Below, piece after piece: positions 53,917 to 64,000 of a stretch of 64,000 nucleotides of DNA. The first letter of the stretch is position 1. Each line of letters starts with the position of its first letter. This DNA comes from the human T2T-CHM13v2.0 reference genome, Homo sapiens, in NCBI RefSeq assembly GCF_009914755.1, contig NC_060929.1. One strand, given 5' to 3'. Under the pieces are notes generated by a model that was not told where the DNA came from, made no database searches, and was given only the letters and a program-made list of their open reading frames with translations. A program made the translations under genes and the position numbers.

Positions 53917-56900
53917 TCGTGGAGGGCGCAGTTCCTTCCTAGACTCTGAGTAGAAGAATGACCTTGCTCCAGCATGCTGCAAACACTCATCAACCTGTTC
54001 TCTAGATTTTCGCCATGGTCACATGGTGATTTTGGAAGCTGAGCTCTCTTTGTCTATTTTAGACCCAATTGAGTCAAAGACGTAGAAAGACAGAAGCCCC
54101 CAGGCTGATTCTGCGTAGCTCGTCTCTGACGGTCCGTGGCCACCTTGTCTGCTTGGCAGCAGGGATGACTCCCGTTCTGCCTTTCCCAAGAGCTCCCTGT
54201 GCCCAGTTGACTCCCTGCTTAGTCTTCAGCCTCCAAACCCTTCCCGCACGGGCCTCTGGTTGACAATTGGCCCCTGAGACAAGCTCCCCTGGGTGTCCTG
54301 GCAGGGCCACACACTCACCATGTGCAAGTACAAGCTCAGCACGTGCCCCCAGCTCCCTCCCAGCCGCACTGGGCTCCCACAAGCCCAACACCCTTATCCA
54401 TTCTTCTCACCCCCAGTCCCTCCACAGGACATCAAGGGGTCCCCAGCACATTTTCTTCCTGCCATCCACACAAGAACAACCTACCTTTCACCTTTGGTCT
54501 GAATATCCTTAGACCTGGCTGAATTTACTTTTAGAATCTCAGAAACGCACTCATTTAACCGAGGAAGTAATTTAATGAGGAAGGAGCCCCTTTTCTCAAT
54601 AGAGTATCTAGTCCCAAGAAAATGAGGTCACTGGCACAGTGATGAAGGATCCGTGCTGCAAACGCACCTGGTTCTCTTATGGATGGGAGCGCGTGGTGAG
54701 ATATTTTCATTTCAGCCTGAGTGCTTAGCATTTCTCCTCAGCTTACTGAAAAGAGATAGAAAAAGATGGATGGCTCAGCCTAGAAGACCAGGGCAGAGAA
54801 TACTGGGGCCTCAAAGAAGAGTCTCTGTCCAGTAGCAGATGGTGTTTCATTGGCTGAGGTATCTGACACTCCAAAGCTCTCAGGCAATAAGTCTGCCAAA
54901 AATGAAAAGATGAGAAACTTCTTCCTGCCTTCCACAAACATCATAAATGGGCAAATATGTGCAGAGTAGAAAAACAAAGATTATCTTCCAAATAGGTCCC
55001 AATTTTCTTGCAACTTAGTTTGGTGAGGGTGGAGGTCAGGAATTATTGAGAAGAGAGTAAATGTGTATGTTTGAACCATATTTCCTTGTCAATGAAATAG
55101 CAAATGTAAAGATGATTAACAAATACTCAGTGTTTAATAAGGATTATTTGAAATTAAGTGGGTGGCCCAAATTATGTATTTATGCACACAAAACCATGGA
55201 AAAGGAGAAAGACCTATGCGTGGGAAGCTGGTATGCTGGATCTGGCCTCCCCTTGAAAAGTAAATAGATAAAAGACATAAAAATACTTGGAAAAGTTGAA
55301 GCTGTATAAAATGTAAGATACTGTTTTGATAGAGTCATCTATGACTCAGTCATGATTAATTACCATTTTAAAAGGATTATCTTAAGCACACATCTCAGAC
55401 CTCCTTAAATCACTCCTCGGTTGCTATCTTATGACAAAGGAAAACAAAACTAATCATTGAAGATACCTTTTCTTTTCTCTTCCTCAACTATGACATCTTA
55501 CAAACCAGGGTTAAATGAACAGTGAGTACGAAAGCAGCCCCTGAGTGTGCATTCTTCTTTCATGCAAAGAGTGCTTTCAAGTAAAGAAAATACCTACTCT
55601 CCCTGGAGTTTTAAGCTGCTGTGTGCCAGGAGTCCCCATCCCTGAGGTCATGCTTTGGCTTTAATCACATGAGACATTGTTTGCAGACGCTGTCAGGTCA
55701 TGGCACTCAGGGACTAGTGTGCACACATTCCTCGAGCCTCAGCAGTTCTGTCCTTAACACCAGGACCACAAAGTTTGTGGTTTCTAGGGTCACAAACCCC
55801 AAGAACTTTTCATTCCAGAAACCTCTCCAGGAATCTCCTTCAGTTCCTGTTTCTCTTTGTTTTCCTGTTTTTTACCCAGGTCTATCCACCCTAAGTCACT
55901 TGAGACATTAAAACTTTCCAATGTCTGGTAACACCCTGAGGTTAGACAATGTTGTTCTCAAAATCACAAAGGCTAAAAGCACTGGAGGCTGAGTAAGTGT
56001 TTAGATAAATTCATTTCACCTAATTCATCAATAACTTTGTCTGAGTTCCTACTGGTGCTACCTAGGTTGAAGAATGAGAAGTGTATAAGCCAATCCCTGT
56101 TCTGGAGTGGCTTTCTAATTATATTGTGGAAATAAGTTTTCCAAATTTGAAGCCGCAAGCAGCTACCATAAGAGCCTGCATAAATAAGCATGGAAATTGA
56201 CACGTTGATTTTAAAATCATGGTGTTGATGTTGAGTTTGGGATGAGGGTGGGAAGAGGAGCCACTTATCTGATTAGGAGGAACTCGCTGAGGTCTGGAGG
56301 CAAAAAACTCTCCAGGCTGATGTCACAACACAAGCACAAGAAGCAAAATATCAAAAGTACACGTAGGCTGTGTGAACCATGTACACCGGCTAAGTGCAGG
56401 GCCAGGATGGAGGGCAGGAGAGGGGCTGAGGAGGAAGGGTACCTTCCCACAGGAGCCATGGAGTCAAGGCTGGAACCAATTCTAAGGATGAACTGAGACT
56501 TGCCAGTCAGTGAGAGAAGACTGGACCATTCAGGAAGCCAAGACAAGTGCCATGGGCAGCACAGGGAGGAGGGACGAGGGTCCTCCTCAATGATGTGGCA
56601 AAGGACTGAAGCCGGAATGGGAAACAGGAAGAGAAACTAAGAGGTAAGTCACCAGAAGTACGGAACATAAAGAAGACCCCATGAGCCCTGGATTTACTGC
56701 CTGAGCGCCTGAGTCATGGTGCCGGGGGAAGGGGAAAGGTAGGAGCCTGAGAGACACAGGTCTTCCATCTTAGAGGCAGAGAGGCCAGGTTGGGCCAACC
56801 GTCAATCTAACTCTTTTCCTTCATGGATCCTAATTCTGACTGATTGTGTGACAGATGCTTTCTCAATAATTACTAAATGGAGCTTTTGGAATTTTTATGA

Positions 56901-57911
56901 AAGCTAATATAGTGTTTTTCTTTAGAAGCCAAGGTGTCCCAAAGTAGACATCACTGCAGTGGGAGCAGGATCATTCTCCACCATGAGCGAATGTTCTGGT
57001 GGCCCACTGTGGGGTGGTAGGTGCTGCATGCCTCTTCTCCAAACGGAACACTAGGCGGGCCTGCCCTCCATTAGCAAGGACAAACTAGAACAGCATGTGC
57101 ATTCCCTATGCTCCCTGGGGGTGGGGGCAACACCCCAGGGGGAGCCACAGCCAGGTCATTCTGCCAGGGGAAGATGTACACACTGCCAAGATGAGCACGG
57201 CCTTCCATCTGCGCAGACGAACGTGGGAGGGGGCACGTGAATCAAATCGGTAATTATACCTCAGTGTAGAAAAATTCACTCATAGAAGCATGTAAAATAC
57301 CAATTCCAGAAGCCCAATCGGCGCACAGAGGAGGCTCAGGGTGACTTCAGCATAGGAGGAGAGACTGGAGTTGAGTCTTAAATGGTAAAGGGAAGGCTGG
57401 AGCATTTCAGGAGTGGCACAATGGGCACACAGACACATTGTAAGATATGTGTGTCCTTACAGAGGACACACCTGACATTTTTCAACACTCAGCTTTTGTG
57501 TCTCCTTTAGATCATTTTGAACATGACAGCTAAAAACAACCAAACTTATAGGAGATACTGTCCAGTGAAAAACACAACAAATGACTCTAAGGAAACTCTG
57601 AGGTTAGAAAAAAAGTCAGTCAGATAATAGATTTCATTTTTTATTTGCTATCATAGTTCATCCAAGACAATTCAATGGGAAAGAATAGCTTTTCCAAAAA
57701 ATGGTGCTGGTGCAACTTGATATCCACATGGAGAAGAATAAAGTTGGACTCCCACCTCTCCCTGTCTTCAAAATCAACCCAAAATGGAACAGACACCTCC
57801 ATGTACAAGCCGAAATTGTAAACCTCTTCTATAAATCTGTGTGACACTGAATTTGGTAACAGTTTTCTTATTATAATACAGAAGGCGTAAGCAACAAAAG
57901 AAAAAAAATAA

Positions 57912-58210
<299 letters not shown>

Positions 58211-58317
58211 CTAAGAAGTATAAACCTTTATGCATCAAAGGACATCATCAAGAAAGTGAAAAGACAACCTGTAGAATGGGGAAAACATTTTCAAATGAAT
58301 TATCTGAGAAGGGTCAG

Positions 58318-58678
58318 CTGCAGTCTGAATGTTGGTGTCTCCCCACAATTTATATACCGGGATCTTATACCCAATGTGATAGAATTAGGAGGTGGGGCCT
58401 CTGTGAAGTGATTAAGGCATGAGGGCTCCACTCTTGTGAATGGCATTAGTGCCCTCATGACAAAGGCTCAAGTGAGATTCCTTGCCCCTTCGGCCATGTG
58501 AGGATGTGGTGATGAAGCACCATCTTTGAAGCAGAGCAGCCCTCACCAGACAGAGAATCTGCTATTCCCTTGATCTTAGATTTCCCAGCCTTTGGAACTG
58601 TGAGCAATGCATTTCTGTTGTTTATAACTTACCCAGTCTAAGGTATTTTGTTATAGCAGCCAGAAAGGACCAAAACAG
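58318..58678 (+). mobile_element. MLT1A/MST-family MaLR LTR nested in L1M
   Basis: gtctgaatgttggtgtctcccc...ggaggtggggcct...cccagtctaaggtattttgttatagcagcc. Confidence 0.85.
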
Positions 58679-60689
58679 GCTCTACTATCCAAAACATATA
58701 AACGCTCATACAACTCAACAATAAAAAGGAAAGTAACCCAACTAAAAAATAGTCAAAGAAATTAACTGGATATTTATCCAAAGAAGATATACAAATGGCC
58801 AACAAGAACAAAAAAAGGTGCTACGTATTATTAGTCATTAGAGAAATGCAAAACAACGGGGGGATAGTGCCTCACATCCACTAATGCAGCGATATATTTT
58901 TTTAAGTTAAATACCAAGTGCGGATGCGAATGTGGAGAAATTACCCTAAAACCTTGCTCTCAGGAATGTGAAATGTTGCAGCCTGGAACAGCTTGGCAGT
59001 TCCTCAAAAAGTTAAGCATAGAATTCCCATATGCATAGCAATTCCACTCTCAGGTGTAACCCCAAGAAAAGTGAAAGCATATTCAGTGAAAAACTTAAAC
59101 ATGAATATTCATAACAGCATTATTCATAGTAGCCACAGCCAAACTTGAGGGTGAGCAACACACTAGACTTTGGAAGAGTACATTTTAATTCTCTCTCTTC
59201 ATGGAACAGTCTATTAGGAGCCTAATAATTGTCATCATTTTCTAAGAAGTCAAGGAAGAATCCATTTCATTGGGCAGAGAAATCCCTGTGCCTGGGGCCA
59301 GCCTGGAACCACATGCCTTTGCCACGGCCTCTCCTGGCCATACTCTCAAATCTGCATCAGGTAAGCGGGGGCCTGGAGATGTTGGAATGCACCCCCACCC
59401 GCCATTCAATGTTTCCAACAGCCGTGGTTGGTAGCAGAACAAACTGTGGCACAGCCAGGGTCTGTGCACCTACACTCCCTCCTGGATTTGGCAAACCTGG
59501 GACCTGGAAGAAGCAGGTTTGAAGTTTCCTTGACTTTTCTCAGGACATTTCTATAAGCCCCTCCCAGAGTGAAGTTTAGAACACGTAGGCTAACCTATTA
59601 CCACTTATGTTTCTTTTCTTCTCAAAGATATTAAACTATTTCTGGGGCAGGGACCCTTTTTGTTTTGATTACTGTGTTTCATGATAAATCCCAAATTGTT
59701 CACATTGAGTCCAATTGTATGGAACAATTTTCATTTTGCCTCTTCCATTTGTGTTCATACAATTAGTGGTAAAATTGCCCAAACTTGGCAGCTTCATCTC
59801 GGTACCTCCCTATCCCCTAGAAGGATTTGAGGCCAGAATAGAACTGCGTGTGTCTCCAGAGAGCCAAATGCTTGGCTGAGAAAGCCAGGGGGATTGAGCA
59901 ACATCTCAAAGGCAAATCACCGAGGAAAGCAATCGACCTACCGATCCGCTCAGGAAAAGTCACTGCAAGGAGACTGTAATTGGCAGTGGGGGATACCAGG
60001 AAAGATGATCCTAAACATTAGCACACTTTCCCAGACCTCCTACGCTCTTGCCACATGCAGCGTCCCCAGGCCCCCGCTGGCTCCCTCGTGTGTGTGGAAT
60101 TCTCTGTGCATTTGTTTCCTCTCGGCATTACTCATCCCACGATGGATGACTCAGCTTTCACAGGCCTGAGACTCCCTCCCATCCCCAGAGGGCTCACAGA
60201 TCACCCTCTCCAGTCTTCCTTTCTTAATGGATTCTGATTGATTTATCTCTAAGTATCTGGAAAATCAATTGCAGATGGAACTCTATAGCATTGCCGCTCT
60301 TCGCAGCTGCCTCCCGTGTCTTTCCTACAGCCTGGCTGGGGTTTTCCCAGGCCCAGATGTCCCTAAGTGGTCCAGGATTGCACTCATGGAAACAGGGCTC
60401 TTGATCAATTTGCAACACCCAACGTAGGACCCTTAAACTTGATTGAGGAGTTTATTTGGAGGAGTGCTAGCCATTCATCAGAACTGAAGATCGAATATGA
60501 AATCACAGAACAACATTATGAATTAACCAGCCAGTCATTGAGTGATCCTGAGTATCTCTGCCATGAACAGAAAGGTAGACCCTCCAGACACCCCCAATAT
60601 AGGCATTAAAATAGAGGAGCCAACCACAGTCATGGAAACACGTTCATAGAATGTGATTTTTCTTGGGGACGGGTGCTGGGGGGGAGAAA

Positions 60690-61232
60690 ATGTTAACTGT
60701 TTCCTTGCTTTCTGTATTCTTGACTCTGTGGTGTGTGTGGCCTCCCTGATGGGAGAGCCTGATCTTTCCAGAACTACTCAGCATCTAGAGCCAGCGACGG
60801 GCTTACCCTGGAGTGTGCAAGCCAACCATCCCAAATCCATACCCCAAACCACGCCCTTTATCTAACTCTTACTCACCAAGCCAGTATATCCCCGATCCTA
60901 AATCGCCCCAAAGCCAGGTACCAGGCAACCAGAGACCACCGCCGGAGCCCAGAGCCTGCTGACACTATTGTAACCGTCCAGTGCCAAGCCCTTCCCATCA
61001 GGCCTTGCCTTTCCCACAGAAAACACAAGCTGCAGCCCAGTCTCTGCACTCACTCCTCCGCCTTTCTTCCTCTTGCCAGACATGGGTGCTTCCCCATGCG
61101 GCCCCACTTGGCATGGTGTGACCTCTCCACTCGGAAAACATGAAGAATAAATATCGACTTTCAGTGGCACTCTCCGTGCCATCATTCAGTCATCCTCATG
61201 AATTGCAGTCCCAGGGGAGGACCCTGTCACGT
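60690..61232 (+). mobile_element. Probable old ERVL-type LTR (MER54/MER74-like), bounds approximate
   Basis: gccaggtaccaggcaaccagagaccac, ccttgcctttcccacagaaaacacaa and an internal AATAAA; family assignment from memory. Confidence 0.45.
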
Positions 61233-61529
61233 CCCTGCTTATTGACCCTCCTTGTCTGCATTTGTCGGCTGTGACCAAGCCCTAGACACAGAATCCGCAC
61301 CCGAGGCTGTGGCTGCAGTGGGCAGTGGGGGAAGGCATGCTTGTCTTAGGCTGAGACCCTGGCTGAGCTCCCTCTGTGACCACCTCACTGAGTTACGTGT
61401 CCTCTAAGCCCCTGGAGAGTGCTGGAATGCCTGAACTGTGCCATATACACCATCCAGCCTCCAGGATACCCCAAGAAATGTTCTTTAAATACATCCCCCA
61501 ACATCTTATCTACAAATGGCTTGTAGATG

Positions 61530-62565
61530 CCTTCCTAAGACATAATTGGTACACTACAAAATTCACCCTTTTAACCTGTACAATTCGGTATTTTTAAAAT
61601 ATTTATATGTACAAAGTTTTGCAATCCTCACCACTATCTAATTCCAGAACATTTTCATCATCCCAAAAGAAACTCCATACTATTAGCAGCCAGAGCCTCG
61701 GCCCCTGGTAACCACTGATTCATTTTCTGTCTTAATGATTTAGCCCCAGGCATTTCACATCAGTGGAATCATATGCTACATGGCCATTGTATTTGACTTT
61801 TGTACTTGACATAAAAAAAGGATAAACCTATTCATTGCAGATAGTGGAGGTCCCACATTTTGTTAACTCTTTCATCTGTTAATTCTTTCATCCCCCGATG
61901 CTGCTGTAAACAATGTGTGTACAAGTGTCTGTGTGAACACGCTTTCATTTCTCCTGGATTTATACTAGGAGTGGGATGGCTGGGTTGTATGGAAACTCTG
62001 TGTTTAATATTTTCATGAGCTGCCATACGGGCTTCCCAAGCAGCTACACCATTGTGTCCACCAGCAGGGCACGAGGGTTCCATTCTCTCCACATCTTGTT
62101 ATCCACCATCTTTTTCACTGTAGCCATCCTAGAGGGCCAGAAGTGCTATCTCACAGCGGCTTTGATGTGCATTTTCCTAATTACTAATGACATTGAGTGT
62201 CTTTGCACATGTTAATGAGACATTTATATATTTTATTTGAATAAATGTCTATGCATGTCCTTTGCTAATTTTTAATTTGGGTCATTTGTGTTTTAATTGT
62301 TGAGTTGCAAGAGTTCTTTACATACTGTGGATATGAGTCCCTTATCAGATATATGATCTGTGTTTATTTTCTCCCATTCTGTGGGTGGGTTTTTTTTTTT
62401 TTTTTCACTTTCTTGATAGTGTCCTTTGAAGACAAAAGTTAATTTTGGTGAAGTCTAATATATCTATTTTTTTTCTTTGTTGGTTTTGCTTTTGGTGTCA
62501 TGTCTAAGAAATGATTGCCTCATCCAAGGTCATGAAGATTTATGCCTGGTTGCTTCTCAGAGTTT
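61530..62565 (-). mobile_element. Old L1M (L1MB-like) 3' fragment
   Basis: aaaattcacccttttaacctgtacaattc, ccagaacattttcatcatccc, tgcattttcctaattactaatgacattgag, aggtcatgaagattta. Confidence 0.85.
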
Positions 62566-62941
62566 AATCTCCCTTTGCTTTTGATGACTCCAGTGATGAT
62601 CTACACTCTTCTAGGAGGATAAGGAGGAAAAATATTACAGAAAAATGAGTCATTCCAATGCACTCCTTTTTTAGTAATCCCAAGAGATTAATGGCTGACA
62701 TCATAGAGAAGACCAACACTTAAGACTACATGGAAATTATTAAATTGTATATTTTGGGAAGACTCCCTCTCCTTCTTTCTTTCTTTCTTTACATGCCACG
62801 AGTGGCCTTCAGGTTTGCCTTCTGTGCAAGTGAATTAAATGAGCTTGTTATTGGCACTGGGTAGTGGAGGCTGCAAGCCTTTGGAGACCTTCCCATTCCT
62901 GTCTCCTTCCATCCACTCTCCTGAAGTTGAATTTCTGTTCC

Positions 62942-63372
<431 letters not shown>

Positions 63373-64000
63373 TGACATGCAGTGGCTGCCTTCTCAGGGC
63401 CAAACCAGATTAAGAAGGCCATCGTTGTGTTCCACGTTACACAACAGACTTGAAATCAATGAAAAGGACTCTTGTTGAGTCTTACTTCAACAAAACTCTA
63501 CCTAAAAATCATTCCACACCCACATCTCAGCTCCTCGGGGCTCTTCCTTTCTAGATTGTGCTGCACAAATCTGAAAAATCTAAGTTTTTATCATCACTGC
63601 AGAACAAGGGACCTTCCAGCTTTGGTTCAGCCCTGATGCAGATGGAAACATTTTCCAGCCACCTGAATGTGATGCATTAGGACATTCTAGGCCTTCGTCA
63701 TGGATGTGATGCATGCTTCCCTCTCTCCCAGACACCAAGATGCGTCCCACAAAGGGGACTCCCAGCCTCCACAGAGGTGCAGCTGGAGCTCTTCCCTCCT
63801 CTCCAGTCTGCAGTTCCCTGAGCACAGCACTCCCTGGCTGCAGTCCTACCCCCAGTCCAGGCCTCTGGGGCTCAAAACTGTTGCTTACACATTCAGGAAA
63901 TTAAGAAAAAATAAAATAAAAACTCATTCAACCCACACTTCCTGCCCTGGAAAAATCCGACTATTGTTCTTTCTAGGCAACGTCCTTAAAGCCCCACATT

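Overview
Primate (human-like) genomic DNA containing the 3' end of ADAMTS16 on the + strand, followed by about 24 kb of repeat-rich sequence with no supportable gene. The window starts at an intron 5' donor (GTAAGT at 1-6). Five GT-AG-bounded coding exons (22857-23058, 23161-23355, 26093-26317, 37721-37868, 38610-38725) splice in frame and encode the C-terminal thrombospondin type-1 repeats and PLAC domain. A ~1.15 kb 3' UTR with AATAAA at 39868 follows. The rest is Alu, L1, L2/MIR, MaLR/ERVL LTRs, DNA-transposon relics and a 614-bp CA-variant tandem repeat. I found no convincing new gene or multi-gene system. The most unusual signals are local template-copy rearrangements: a ~300-bp non-Alu inverted repeat (930-1226/1676-1973), a ~190-bp copy of the 3' UTR inside an L1 with a fold-back filler, a micro-inversion in an MLT2 LTR, a ~152-bp dispersed direct duplication and a double fold-back insertion in an Alu. 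Several splice read-through or intron-retention routes could alter the ADAMTS16 C-terminus. Gene identity, exon numbers and repeat family names come from my recall of known sequences, and all alignments were done by eye.
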